Below, piece by piece: positions 33,701 through 43,810 of a stretch of DNA of 56,544 bases. Origin of the DNA: Prasinococcaceae sp. CCMP 1430 (taxonomy: Eukaryota > Plantae > Prasinodermophyta). Within the stretch, counting starts at the first letter, position 1, and each line of letters begins with the position of its first letter. A program made the position numbers and the translations under genes. The stretch is from NCBI GenBank assembly GCA_013416795.1, contig RQSC01000034.1:58870-115413 (forward strand), in the 5' to 3' direction. Under the pieces are notes generated by a model. That model did no database searches. It saw nothing but the letters and a program-made list of their open reading frames with translations, and was not told where the DNA came from.

Positions 33701-35920
33701 GCTGGCGTGATAATGACGAAGCCTGTGGGGCTGGAGAATGACCTGGACTCGATGATTGCCGGCATCAACGTGGTGGTCTTCCTCACATTCTCGGTGGACT
33801 TTGCGTTGAAAGTCGTAGACAAAGGCTTCCTGCTGACGCCCGCCGCGTATATGCACGACGAGTATCACGTGATCGACTTGGTCGTTCTTGCGGTGGACGG
33901 GCTCAGCCTGCTACCGTGGGGAGACTATCTGCTGCGTGCCATCCGCATGAGCATCGCTTTGCGGCCTGCGCGCCTGCTCGGCCACACGGCGAGCATCAGG
34001 GAGGTCTTCAGCTCGCTCCTCAAATCGATTCCGGGGATCGTGCCCGTCTTTCTTGTGGGCTTTGTGCTCTTCGGCTGCTTCGCCATCTTTGGCATGCACT
34101 CCTTCCGCGGCCGCCTGTCGGCGTGCAACGATGGCGACGTTCCGGGTCGATTCTTCTGCACCGGCGTGTATGCAAACAACATCTCGCAATGGAGCGAGGC
34201 GCTCGAGGGGAGCACAGGCGTGGCGCAGGGGGGTGCACCACTGCAGGTCCTCGTGCCGCGTGTGTGGAGCGCGCCCGATTCCAACTTCGACACGCTTGGA
34301 AGCGCTTTCTTCACCGTCTTTCAGGTGGCAAGCCTCGACGGGTGGGTAGACGTGATGCACAGCGTGATGGACTCGCGCGGCGAGGGCCTGCAACCCCAGC
34401 ACAACGCCGCATGGTGGGCCGCCTTTTACTTTGTGGCGCTGGTCATCGTGGGTTCGTTCTACATTGTGCGCGTGTTCGTGGCTGTCTTCATTGACCAATT
34501 CAGTTACATCAACGGCTCCAAGTTGCTCACCGAGCGCCAGAAGCTGTGGCGCGACATGCATCGCTTTGCTTGCCGCATGAAGCCCGAGAGATTGCACCGG
34601 CGCCCGCAGACGCGGGCGGGCGCGCTCGCATACGACTTGCTGCACTCGCCTTTGTTCGGCCCAGCCATGATGTGCACCATCATTGCCAACGTGGCGCTCA
34701 TGGCAACTACTACGTACGACCAGGAGCGGTGGCGAGACGACATGCTGAGGTACGCGGATCTCTTCTTTGTGGTGGTGTACGCGTTGGAGGCGTGTGCGCG
34801 GGCGCTCGAGGTGGATAGCTGGCGCATGTACTTCAAGGGCTGGAACGTCTTTGAGCTCGTCATCGTGGTGGGCTCGACGTGCACACTGGGACTGTGGGCC
34901 GAGGAGGGCTCAACGTTGCTCAAGATCGGGCGTCCCTTCCGGTTCTTGCGTGCCTTTCGCGTGATTCGATTCAGCGGGGCGCTGGACAACCTATTCAACA
35001 CTCTCGTGATCACCTTCCCGGCCGTCTTCAACGTGGCTTCGCTGTTGATGATCGTCATGTTCTTTTTTGCGGGCATCGCGGTGCAGCTCTTCAACAACGT
35101 GCGCTACGGGCTGTACCTCACGCACCAAGCTAATTACAGCAGCTTCCCGCGCGCTTTCATGCTCCTCTTCCAGCTCATGACTGGCGAGGGGTGGGTGGGC
35201 ATCATGGGTGACTCTCGTGTGGGCCCGCCCCACTGTTCGCCAGCCGCGCCGGTGCGAGGAGGCACTCCCGGGGAGTACGTCAACGAGTGTGGCTTCCAGA
35301 CAGGTGGGCGGATATTCTACTGTGCGTTCGTCTTGTGCTGCGCCTACATCTTCCTCAACCTCTTCGTGGCGGTGGTGCTCGACACGGTGACTTTTGGATT
35401 GCTCAAGGAGCGCGCCATCATCACCACCACTCACCTTACACGCTTCCGCAAGGAGTGGGCCCACTTCGACCCGGACGCGACTGGCACAATCCCTCACTAT
35501 CAAGTCCGCGAGTTTGTGCTCAAACTGGGCGCGCCGCTGGGACCGCCCACCGACGATGGAAAACCGCGGCCCACGTGGCTCATGCGCCTCAGCGCGGAGG
35601 TGCATCGCATGAAATGGACAAGCGGCGTACCCTTTTTGGGTCTCATCGAGTTGCTCATGCTCATGCGCCTCAACAAGAACGCGCTCACGCTCGACGCGCG
35701 CATCGAGCGCGAAAAGGTCGAAAAGTCGCTGCAGAACACCGGCGCCACGCTCACCATCCAGAGGTACGCGAGGGGAACGCGCGATAGGGCGAAGTCCCAA
35801 AAACTCAGGGAGGCGAAGGCCTGCGAGATAAGAGCGGCCGAGGCCCTCCAGCCGCCGGCGGAGGCCGTCTCCGTTCAGGGATCCAAAGACCGAAACCCAG
35901 CGCAACATGCGAATGAGTAA
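30707..35920 (+). CDS. Four-domain voltage-gated cation channel alpha subunit (NALCN/Cch1-like), intronless
   Basis: Four 6-TM repeats; pore motifs TLEGW, TGEDW, SLDGW, TGEGW; EF-hand-like WAHFDPDATG and IQ-like IQRYARG in the C-terminus. Confidence 0.95.
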   Translation: MVDAARQDEAADGGAAGVAAGGDCSAAVPKPNVRSNWKEIALRGLRRKVAENKPLRSPVGTKAIMDGDALGCLPVSLSSRRRLFLILNSQPYEAFKCALIAAHLVVLALDEPSKDDAGIEAANVAIVAIYTTELMARIFSQGLVRGRNTYLRNSYFGVLEFVDVVVSWALIVVRASDGDEPFVQLSALRAYRMLLVFKSFRTFSAVYTVLEALASSATLVVDLFMLCGVFFTFFALMGQLLFMGSLRRRCVAIEATGCTEVADGSGAYECASVLPVDTQLAARLALATPAGVDATDIGPPLLGFPQSLQFCADAEDDKGRVCDTAIRRWDVGSGQPPLFTTQTCARVDNLNGGFSTFDSFPGTVLTMFQAITLEGWQDVMFATVDAEYDASASYFVFLIILITFFFVSVFVAAISGVFLRLRREHQLVLERRRRKGDAGASERSLKRVQRLLGIAGAGSMSRKGSDFADGVGDEEGDALASVFAKAMAAKRKRDAVFHKPALIRPQISAALAAFVPGAKVSPAWAAVAESPRGATPAACFDAQDSEAAHSARAHRTASLVKTSKGTDEKVQTLWDRLVVRAFILINHTRYFDHFSALCIVLNVIAMGMHEAGTSDDAAATLTFVQRVFLVIFAFEQALRMVGAGGLFEYFTDQFPLALVDAAWLVLGAVGLATGAFPNFTVFRALLIFRFYPSKVLGKVSRNFTTLLSTVLFYLFTCFVCALLAMELYGREYPDVSVSDPSGPYRRNFDTIGESCLTMLQVSTGEDWNKVLYETMGASENSWFAPFFLAVFFCFSNYVLLNLIIAVILENMELQDAEKVRLQQESHDMAERARRDPQRLVGFVGFVEKLRGNARSKIVPTTIELPAPGQGAKGVVSDATSAGGAGARRDCEPRRQKVSASRMHEISRGRAPSVHRMSVTSSSYGVRTVSNVRTDSQVFGDLSSKLAESSHVEISVPAWAEDTSLWIFDRDSTTRSLCRRVLAHRWYQFFISCTIALSIAGVIMTKPVGLENDLDSMIAGINVVVFLTFSVDFALKVVDKGFLLTPAAYMHDEYHVIDLVVLAVDGLSLLPWGDYLLRAIRMSIALRPARLLGHTASIREVFSSLLKSIPGIVPVFLVGFVLFGCFAIFGMHSFRGRLSACNDGDVPGRFFCTGVYANNISQWSEALEGSTGVAQGGAPLQVLVPRVWSAPDSNFDTLGSAFFTVFQVASLDGWVDVMHSVMDSRGEGLQPQHNAAWWAAFYFVALVIVGSFYIVRVFVAVFIDQFSYINGSKLLTERQKLWRDMHRFACRMKPERLHRRPQTRAGALAYDLLHSPLFGPAMMCTIIANVALMATTTYDQERWRDDMLRYADLFFVVVYALEACARALEVDSWRMYFKGWNVFELVIVVGSTCTLGLWAEEGSTLLKIGRPFRFLRAFRVIRFSGALDNLFNTLVITFPAVFNVASLLMIVMFFFAGIAVQLFNNVRYGLYLTHQANYSSFPRAFMLLFQLMTGEGWVGIMGDSRVGPPHCSPAAPVRGGTPGEYVNECGFQTGGRIFYCAFVLCCAYIFLNLFVAVVLDTVTFGLLKERAIITTTHLTRFRKEWAHFDPDATGTIPHYQVREFVLKLGAPLGPPTDDGKPRPTWLMRLSAEVHRMKWTSGVPFLGLIELLMLMRLNKNALTLDARIEREKVEKSLQNTGATLTIQRYARGTRDRAKSQKLREAKACEIRAAEALQPPAEAVSVQGSKDRNPAQHANE

Positions 35921-36075
35921 GACAGTCGCGTCGTGACATCGTGCGTGCGTGCCCGTCGGCGTTCTCTGCCCGTGGCCACGTGGCCGCAGCGTCGCCTGTA
36001 GTGCCATGCTCGCGACGGCATAGTGAGCACTGGTGAATGGATACCTTACACACACGTAATTGTACACATGTCCGC

Positions 36076-37526
36076 CTACGCAAGCTTCTTGGCGACCTGC
36101 TGCGCGGCGAGCTTCCCTGACAAAACAGCCCCTTCCATGCTCGCGAGGTACTGTGACGGGGAGGGTGATGCCGGGGGCAGCGATGTCAGCGCGCGCGCGC
36201 GTCGCTTCTCGCTCGCTCGCTGAGCCGGGCGAACGCGGGCGCAAACACGGTCCCTGCCTCGCGCAGCGTCCTCTCTCGCGCGCGTGGGAACTAACCTTCT
36301 GCCTGGTGAAGCAGCCCGCGAGGAAGAAGTTGTCAACCGGCGTGCTCTGGCTGGGCCGATACTTGTCCGAGCCCTTGACGGCCTCGTACACCGAGCAAGG
36401 CGTTTTCACGACTGGAGCGAAGACAGGCGTCAGCCACAGGGTGCGTCGGCGCGTGGCACTCGTGCAGAGCGTGCATTCGCGCGCCCGCTCGCGCGCTCGC
36501 ATACGTACCTGCGTGCTTCATCACCTTTGCTCGCGAGCCGTCCGCAGCGATCTCCTCCGGAAAGAGGCGCTCGAGCTCACGCACCGTCGCCTCGACTATG
36601 TCCTCATCCGACCTGCCGATCCACTCGGCCGCCGGCGCGAAGACGAGCTCGAGCATGGAGCGCTCGCTGCTCGCGTACTCCCTGCAGGTGGTGCTCATGT
36701 CGGCGTACACCGACAGCAGCTCTGAACGCGAAAAGAGCAGATTGTCTACCGTGCTGAGCTTGGTGTCGAACCACAAGTGCACGTTGATGACGGGCACGGC
36801 TTTGAGCTGCTTCAGCCCGGCAAGCATCGGATGATCGTCGAGCCAGCGCTGCGGCAGCAGGCGCGACAGGGCGTGCACGGGCATTGCACTCACATAGGCA
36901 TCCGCGCGCACCTCCTCGCCACCCAGCAGGCGTAGGTGCGACACGCTGCCATCGTCGGCGAGCACGATCTCGCGCACGGCGGCATCCGTGCGCACAGCCC
37001 CGCCCTGTTGGATGATGCGCTGCGCCATGGGCGCGCACAGTCGCTCCGTCGGGCTGCCGTCGAGGAATGCGATCTTGGAGCCATCGGTCTCATTCAGGAA
37101 GCGGTTGATAGCCGTGAGCACCACACTCATCGACAGCTGGTCGGGGTCGATGAAGGCGAGCGCCTTCGCGAGCGCCACGAAGATTTCCTCGTTCACGCTG
37201 TCGGGGATGCCGTACCTCTTGTTCCAGTCGCTCACGGACACGTCGGCTTGGGCGTCGACGTACGCCTGGCCGTTGACGTACGCAGGCAGCAGGCCGATGC
37301 CGAACCTCAGCTTCTCCTCCCAGCTGAGCATCTCTGTGTTTCCAAGAATGGCCACGCCCGCGTTGAGCGGCGCTGGCAGCTCGGGAAAGTCGAAGGAGGT
37401 GAACTCGCCCGCGCGATCGAGCCCGCGCTTGGCGAAGATCAGCGCGTGCTCCTTCCACTGGAGGCGGTCCTCGATGTCCAGCTCCTCGAAGAGGTTCATC
37501 ATGTTCGGGTAGGCGCCGAAGAAGAT
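36076..37526 (-). CDS. PDS: 15-cis-phytoene desaturase (PDS family), 5' exons missing; exons 37526-36509, 36411-36296, 36150-36076
   Basis: IFFGAYPNMMNLF, LQWKEH, AFLDGSPTERLC, VPVINVHLWFD, LLFSRSELLSVYADMS, YLASMEGAVLSGK; in-frame GT-AG introns; TGTAA at 36046-36050 (-). Confidence 0.93.
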
Positions 37527-37561
37527 CTGAGAGGCGTGGGTGCCAGGGCGCGCGGGTGGGG

Positions 37562-37840
37562 GTGTACGAACGTGCGACGCGTGAGCTCGGGCTGGACGCC
37601 GATGCGGCGCTCATCGCGCGCATGCGTGCTGCCAATACCGCCAAGCTCGCAGAGATGGACGCGAAGATTGCCGACGCTGAGGAGAACCTGGGCGACTCCG
37701 AGGTGCGCGAGGCGCTGCTCGCCAAGGCGGAGTACCTTCTGGGCGTAAATGGTGGTGGCGAGGAGGCCGAGAAGGCGCTCAAGGCGTGCGCGGATAAAAC
37801 GGTGGCTGTGGGCCACAAGATCGATATGGAGCTGTCTTGC
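37562..37840 (+). CDS. RPN7: 26S proteasome lid subunit RPN7/PSMD6, internal fragment
   Basis: MRAANTAKLAEMDAKIADAEENLGDSEVREALLAKAEY...KTVAVGHKID; both ends missing (n at 37841). Confidence 0.85.
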
Positions 37841-38148
37841 NGTTTCTGCATGGCCGCCATGTCAGGCATGCCGCTGCCGTCCATCCCGCCCCTCACCTCT
37901 GCGCGCCGCCACGCGCGCGCGCGGCAGCGCGATCCACCCGCCGCCGCAGCGCACCCCCCTCCCAGCCTGGCCCAGCCCAGTCCGCCGGCGCCCGCCACCG
38001 ACGCAGCACGGCACTCCGCACCCCGGAGCACCTTGCGGGGCGCGGCGCAAATGGCCAAATGCAAAGAGCCAAATGGCACTTCGGCATGCGCTGCTCGATC
38101 GTGGACACACATTTTCAGTACTACTGTACACAGTGAACATCTGCGCCC

Positions 38149-38677
38149 TCACGGCGGCGGGCCCGCGGCGCCGGCGCCCGGCGGCGCGAGCAGGTCTCGC
38201 GGCGTCGCGCCCCTGCGGTCGGCGGTCGAGTGCGCACCCGGGCAGGCCTCGCTCAGCAGCGCGAACGCCTCGGTCCTCCCTTGCGCGGCAGACTTGTGTA
38301 GAGGGGTTTGGCCGTCCGCGTCGCACGCCCCAGCATCAGCGCCGGCAGCGAGCAGCGCCGCGCACACATGCACGTGGCCCATGTAGGCGGCGCGGTGGAG
38401 CGCTGTCGCGCCGCCCGCGGTCGTGGCGGCGTCCACCCGAGCCCCCCGTGAAAGCAGCAGCTCCACGGCGTCCAAATGGCCCGCGCGTGCGGCGTAGTGG
38501 AGCGGCGTGTACCCTGAGCCTCCGCTGCCGGCGGCGAGTGTGCCGTCATCCGCGAGGAGCTGTGGCCTGCGGTCGAGGAGCGCCGCCAGGCGCGACGTCT
38601 GGCCGCGCTGCGCCAGCGAGCACGCGCTGCGCGAGAATTCGAGCTCGTCAAGCCCCTGCTGTGTCGCGCCACCGCAC

Positions 38678-38715
<38 letters not shown>

Positions 38716-38730
38716 AGGCTGCAGCTGCAT
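38149..38730 (-). CDS. Ankyrin-repeat protein, ANKRD39-like, with a (DH)n N-terminus
   Basis: QQGLDELEFSRS, GYTPLHYAARAGH, GATALHRAAYMGH, GQTPLHKSA. Confidence 0.88.
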
Positions 38731-39544
38731 CGCTACAGCAAACGCTGCATGCGACAGCAGTGCACCGGCGCGCCGCCGGCACCTCTGCCGCCGCCGAGCG
38801 CTCGCGCGGGCTGCCTCGAGTGCGCCGGCGGTGCGGCTACTGCCGACTAGTCCCGCGCAGCGTCGCGCACGCGCCGCGGAGCACACGGGGCGGCCCGGCG
38901 CAGGGCGCGCGCTCTGGCGGGCGCCTCCGCAGGGCGCGCCCGACGTCCCGTGCGGATGCGCTCGCGCGGCGCGCGCAGTGTATGGTGGGACCCTTCCCCT
39001 CTCCCCGTCGCCCCCCCCTCCCCCCCCTCCTCGCAGGGTCGCTCAGCGCGTCCGCGCAGGCAGGGCGCCCGGCCGGTGAAGGAGCCTGCGCTGCTCAGCA
39101 CGCGTGCATGCCTTTTCATCAGGCCCGGACATTTCCATTTCCATTTCATTTCCTGCCTGCGTGCATCTCCCCCCTCCTCCCCTTTCCCTCAACGTCCACA
39201 CGGCAAACTTTCGCGGAATGGAGCAACTTCGAGCGAAATTTTAGCTGAACGTGAATGGCGGATGCAACATTTGGTGCATTGCGCGCGGCGATGCGCGGAG
39301 GCGGCCGCCTCGCGCGCGCCTCTGCGCGTTCAAGCGCGGCCGAGGCGCGCGAGCGCAGTCCGCGCCACACGGCGCGCGCCCCGCGGGGCGCGGCGTGGAG
39401 GGAGGCGGAGGGGCGCGGACGGGGGGGAAAGGAACGCAGGGACGTGGAAGGGGTGGACGCGAGCGCGCGCGCGGGGGGGAGGAGGGGGGAAGGGGCGCTG
39501 CTTGGCGGGGAAAGTGCGCTCGGGCACATCCGCCGGAGCAGGCC

Positions 39545-40762
39545 ATGCCGTCGCTTCTCAAGCGCACGAGCAAGAACCCCGTCGCCCCCCGCGACAAAGT
39601 CCCGGAGGTGCTCATCCTGAGCGAGGGGATGACCGCCGAGTTCACCGTGGGCCGCAAGTCCTCCAATCGCGCTGTGATGGACTGCGCGCACCTGCCGCAG
39701 CTCTGCAGCCGGAAGCACTGCACCCTCAAGCCGCACGGGGATACGTGGGCAGTCCACGACTCCGGCTCGCTCAACGGGACGTGGATAAATGGGAGGCGAA
39801 TGCAGCATGACGAGGGCCCGACGCCGCTCAAGGACTGCGACAGGGTCAGCTTCGGGGGGCTCCGTTTCGTGAGCGACAGGCCCAACCCCTTCGTCTACGT
39901 CTTCATCAAGGACGCGGATGCCTCCCTCCTCGCGAGTGCGGGCGCGCTCGAGCGCGATGCCGGTGCGCAGCACGGTGGACAGCAGTCCCTTGAGATGCCC
40001 GCCACGCAGAGCGCGCCGCAAGAGCTTGCCACGGAGGGAGGGGCGCCGCAAGTGCAGGCGCATCCGTGCGTCCCCGGTGGCGAGGCCGCTGACGCGCTGC
40101 CGGAGCCCAGGCCCCAAGACGCTGCTGGGAGCTCGGCGGCGCCTGCGGCGCCACTGGGGGGCGAGAGCGAGATGGGGGCGGCCGGGGGCGGCGACGGCAG
40201 CGCGCCTTCCGCGGGCGGGGCGGGCGAGCTTGCTGCCCGCCGCGGCACGAAGCGCAACGCGCCCGACGCGGACAACGCGGTGACCGAGGAGTTCGAGTGC
40301 GTCGTGTGCCGCGACACCATCCTGAAGGCCCACCTGCTGTCGTGCGGCCACATGTTCTGCTGCGACTGCGTGCACTCCTGGCTGCTCAAGAGCCGGACAT
40401 GCCCGACGTGCCGCGCTCCCACCAAGTGCGCGCCGATTCCCTCGATGGCGGTGGACAACGTGATCGCCCGCACCATAGAGGGGAAGCTCACCGACGGCGA
40501 CCGCCAGGCGAGGGCAAAGCGCCTGGAAAGCTTCGAGGCGCGAGCCCGGACCGCCGCGAAGAGGGTCAAGGCGGATCGCGAGAACGGAGTGGTCATGGCC
40601 GTGCCGACGATGGGCGGCAGCAGCATGATGGACATGCTCACGCGCAGCGCACAGCAAACGGCACGCAGGTACCAACAAGCGCAGGCGGTGCGAGCGCCCA
40701 GGCGGAGCAGCCCCCGCGGGAACCAGGGCATCACTCGGCCGAGGAGGGCCCAGCCGCAGTGA
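39545..40762 (+). CDS. FHA + RING E3 ubiquitin ligase (RNF8/CHFR-like architecture)
   Basis: FHA: TVGR...SRKH...DSGSLNGTWING; RING: CVVC...CGHMFCCDC...CPTCR. Confidence 0.9.
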   Translation: MPSLLKRTSKNPVAPRDKVPEVLILSEGMTAEFTVGRKSSNRAVMDCAHLPQLCSRKHCTLKPHGDTWAVHDSGSLNGTWINGRRMQHDEGPTPLKDCDRVSFGGLRFVSDRPNPFVYVFIKDADASLLASAGALERDAGAQHGGQQSLEMPATQSAPQELATEGGAPQVQAHPCVPGGEAADALPEPRPQDAAGSSAAPAAPLGGESEMGAAGGGDGSAPSAGGAGELAARRGTKRNAPDADNAVTEEFECVVCRDTILKAHLLSCGHMFCCDCVHSWLLKSRTCPTCRAPTKCAPIPSMAVDNVIARTIEGKLTDGDRQARAKRLESFEARARTAAKRVKADRENGVVMAVPTMGGSSMMDMLTRSAQQTARRYQQAQAVRAPRRSSPRGNQGITRPRRAQPQ

Positions 40763-40984
40763 ACGGCAAATGACAAACAGCGTTGCGATTACAGTGCATT
40801 CACGGCTCGCCCAAGCAAGACGTGCAGACTTCCTGTGAACATCGTAGTACTTCTCAAGCGGCTGATTGGCGCGGCCGACGCATTGGCGCCCGGAGGGTCG
40901 CATCGCCGAACTGTACCAAAGTAAAACGCGTGGCCGTGACGCCACACGAACCAGCGCTGTCCCACCGCCGCAAGGGCCGCCGCA

Positions 40985-43072
40985 TCACCAGTCGTCGTCC
41001 CAGGTGTCATCGAAGTCGCCGTCGTCGCTGCCGCTGCCGCGCGCGCGCTTGGACACGCCATGCCCAACCATCTCGATGTCCTCGTCCACCATGCCGCTGA
41101 AGGCGCGTGCGTAGGTCGGCCCGCCACTCGCGCCGCGCCGTCGGTACCATACCACCACGCCGACGACGGCAGACGCACCCACGATCACCACCGCCCACGA
41201 CAAAGAGCTGCCCGCGCCCCTCAGAGCTGTCCCAGCAGGCGGCGGAGGGACCAGGACGCCGTCGCCCTGATGTCCCGGCGCACCCGGGGCTCCGGGCGTT
41301 GGGCCCGGGCCGTCGCCGGAGATCTGCCTGTCTCCGGATGGTGGCCCGTCCGTGCCCGTTTCAGGAGGCGGCGGCGACGGCGGCGGGGAAGACGTCGCCG
41401 CCACCGCCGGCGGCGGGGGCGAAGACGTCGCCGCCGCCGGCTGCGGCGGGGGCGAAGACGTCACCGCCACCGCCGGCGGCGGGGGGGAAGGCGCCGCCGC
41501 CACTGCCGGCGAGCAGCTGGTTGAGCGTCTGCTCGCGCTCGTCGTCGCCGCCGCCACTGCCGGCGGCGGGGGCGAGGCCAAGGCCGCCGCCTGCGGTGAT
41601 GCGGCCGGAGGGGATGGCGGCGGACGCGGCGGTGGCGAGTCTGCGGCCGCGCCGCCCGGCGGCGGCGACAGCGTTGCATTTGCTGCCGTGCCGTTCGGCG
41701 GCGGTGGCGGCGTCTGTGCGCCTGGGCCATCCCCTGGCTGCGTTGCGTTGGGCGGCGGCGGCGGTGGCGGCGAGCGCGCGTCTTCGGCATCGGGCGGCGG
41801 GCTCGGGGGCGGCGGGCTCGGGCTCGTTGCGGGGGACTCCGCAGCGCTCGCCTCGAAGGTGGCGCACGGCGTGCTCTTGAATCCGACCCTCTGCCTGTGC
41901 AGGTCGTATATGACCAACGTGTTTCTGAACGAGATGCCCCCGATGAGCGACCCCGAGTCGCCGTTGTCGAAGATGCCGAGGCAGTACGCGCCCTTGACCC
42001 TCGAGTGCACGAACAGGTACGTGGCGGGCGCGAACTCGAGCACCACATCGCTGTCGGACGAAGTCTCGTGCGGCTCGAGCGTCATGCTCAGCGTGGGAAA
42101 GTGCTCGTCGAGGTTCTCGAACGCGCCCGCCCCGCGCCAGCAGATGTCCTGGTACTTCGGGTCGGGACCGTGCTCGTGCTCCAGCGAGACCTGCCTGCCC
42201 AGCTCCGCGACGAGCGCGCGGAAGACGTCGCGCTGCAGGTACGTGAACGTCGTGCCGCTGTCCAGAACGGTGCCGTAGCCCAGCGCAAACTTGTCGCTCG
42301 CGACGTCGAGCGTCTCGCCATCGACGGCCACCGCGGACGTGCTCACCTGGTAGTAGCTCGGGTGGCGCGAGGACCTCGGAAGCAGGTGCGCGAACTGCGT
42401 GCCCTCGGGCGGCGCGAGGTCGCCAAGCACCATGCGCCCGCCGCCGTCGAAGCCCGCGTAGCACAGCGCGAACACCTCCGCCATGTCCACCTCGTCGCTG
42501 GCCGCGAGCTGCGCCTGCATGGCCGTGTCGCCCTTGCCGAGCCCCATGATGCCGTCGGCCGCCTGCGCATAGATCTCACCCGTCTCGCGCGTCTCGCAGC
42601 CGAAGCGCACGTGCACGGCGCCCAGCTCGCCGAGGTGGATCACGTCGTTCACCAGCCGCCCGCTGCTGCTCGATTGCTCGGCGTAGCTGCGCGAGTACGA
42701 GCAGTGGCCCGCGGAGCACCCGCCGCTCAGGCACTCAGCGGTGTGGCACAGCACGTCGCGAAACGTGGTGCTCGCGTCGGGGTTGAAGAACGGATCGTCG
42801 TGCTCGCCGCAGTGCGTGCAGCTCTGGCACGGCACGTACGTGATGGTGGAGCCCGTGTCGACGATCACCTCGAACGTCTTCGCGGGGGTGCCCAGCTCGA
42901 TGGTTGCGTAGTGGTAGCCGTCGGTGCGGATGCTGCCGCGCAGCTCGTGCTCCGACACGCCGCCCAGCAGCGCGCGCGGGCTCGGATCGGCCGACCTCCG
43001 GAGCGAGAGGGAGGGCAGCGGCGCGGAGCGAGCGCCGCGCGGCGCCGCGGACGCGGCGGAAGCGCACCGTGC
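40985..43072 (-). CDS. Membrane-anchored A1 aspartic protease with an extensin-like Pro-rich stalk (5' end in a gap)
   Basis: VIVDTGS and VLDSGTT catalytic motifs, DGIMGLG, SPPPP repeats, TM WAVVIVGASAVVGVVVWY followed by RRR; TGTAA at 40789-40793 (-). Confidence 0.93.
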   Translation of the reverse strand, partial: ARCASAASAAPRGARSAPLPSLSLRRSADPSPRALLGGVSEHELRGSIRTDGYHYATIELGTPAKTFEVIVDTGSTITYVPCQSCTHCGEHDDPFFNPDASTTFRDVLCHTAECLSGGCSAGHCSYSRSYAEQSSSSGRLVNDVIHLGELGAVHVRFGCETRETGEIYAQAADGIMGLGKGDTAMQAQLAASDEVDMAEVFALCYAGFDGGGRMVLGDLAPPEGTQFAHLLPRSSRHPSYYQVSTSAVAVDGETLDVASDKFALGYGTVLDSGTTFTYLQRDVFRALVAELGRQVSLEHEHGPDPKYQDICWRGAGAFENLDEHFPTLSMTLEPHETSSDSDVVLEFAPATYLFVHSRVKGAYCLGIFDNGDSGSLIGGISFRNTLVIYDLHRQRVGFKSTPCATFEASAAESPATSPSPPPPSPPPDAEDARSPPPPPPPNATQPGDGPGAQTPPPPPNGTAANATLSPPPGGAAADSPPPRPPPSPPAASPQAAALASPPPPAVAAATTSASRRSTSCSPAVAAAPSPPPPAVAVTSSPPPQPAAATSSPPPPAVAATSSPPPSPPPPETGTDGPPSGDRQISGDGPGPTPGAPGAPGHQGDGVLVPPPPAGTALRGAGSSLSWAVVIVGASAVVGVVVWYRRRGASGGPTYARAFSGMVDEDIEMVGHGVSKRARGSGSDDGDFDDTWDDDW
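41370..41590. repeat. Coding minisatellite of ~30-bp units (SSPPPPAVAAT) in the protease stalk
   Basis: Repeated GGCGGGGGCGAAGACGTCGCCGCC-type units. Confidence 0.8.
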
Positions 43073-43780
43073 NNNNNNNNNNNNNNNNNNNNNNNNNNNN
43101 NNNNNNNNNNNNNNNNNNNNNNNNNNNNNNNNNNNNNNNNNNNNNNNNNNNNNNNNNNNNNNNNNNNNNNNNNNNNNNNNNNNNNNNNNNNNNNNNNNNN
43201 NNNNNNNNNNNNNNNNNNNNNNNNNNCCCCTGCCTCCGCCCGCCCCTGCCTCCGCCCGCGTCAGCCGGGGGTCGGCGGCAGCGCTGGGCGGCGCGCCGCA
43301 CCGCGTGCAGGCGGACGGGACCGGACCGGACCGGCCGATGTCCGCGAGCGAGCGATCGGCTGTGGCTCGCAGAGGCCCCGACGCTGACAGGCTCGTTGCT
43401 CCTCGATTTTGATTTCGATTTTGACTCTGTTGTCTGTTGTCTGTCTGTCGACGCATCGCAATTGCACGCAATTGCCAATTGCCAATCGGTTTGTTGGTAG
43501 GATGCATCGATCGATCGATTGTTGATTGACCGACTATTGATTGGTGAGCGGCGGCGCCGCTGACCGAGCCGACGGCGACGGACCGGTTTGACTGAGCGGA
43601 CACTCCAAGCGAGCGGCCCGACCGGCCGGCCAGCCGGCGCATGGCGCGCCCCACCCCCCGCCCCGCGTCACCACCACGGTCCAGTCCATCCTGGATCAGT
43701 TGCCAGTTTAATTCAGATCGCGCCAGGCCGGCGTGGGCGGCGTCGCGCTCGTGAGAGCCCATCATCGGTGGGGTCACGGC

Positions 43781-43810
43781 TGATGGATGGATGGATGGAT
43801 GGATGGATGG
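43781..43810. repeat. (GATG)n microsatellite in the protease/FtsH divergent intergenic region
   Basis: Direct reading. Confidence 0.8.
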
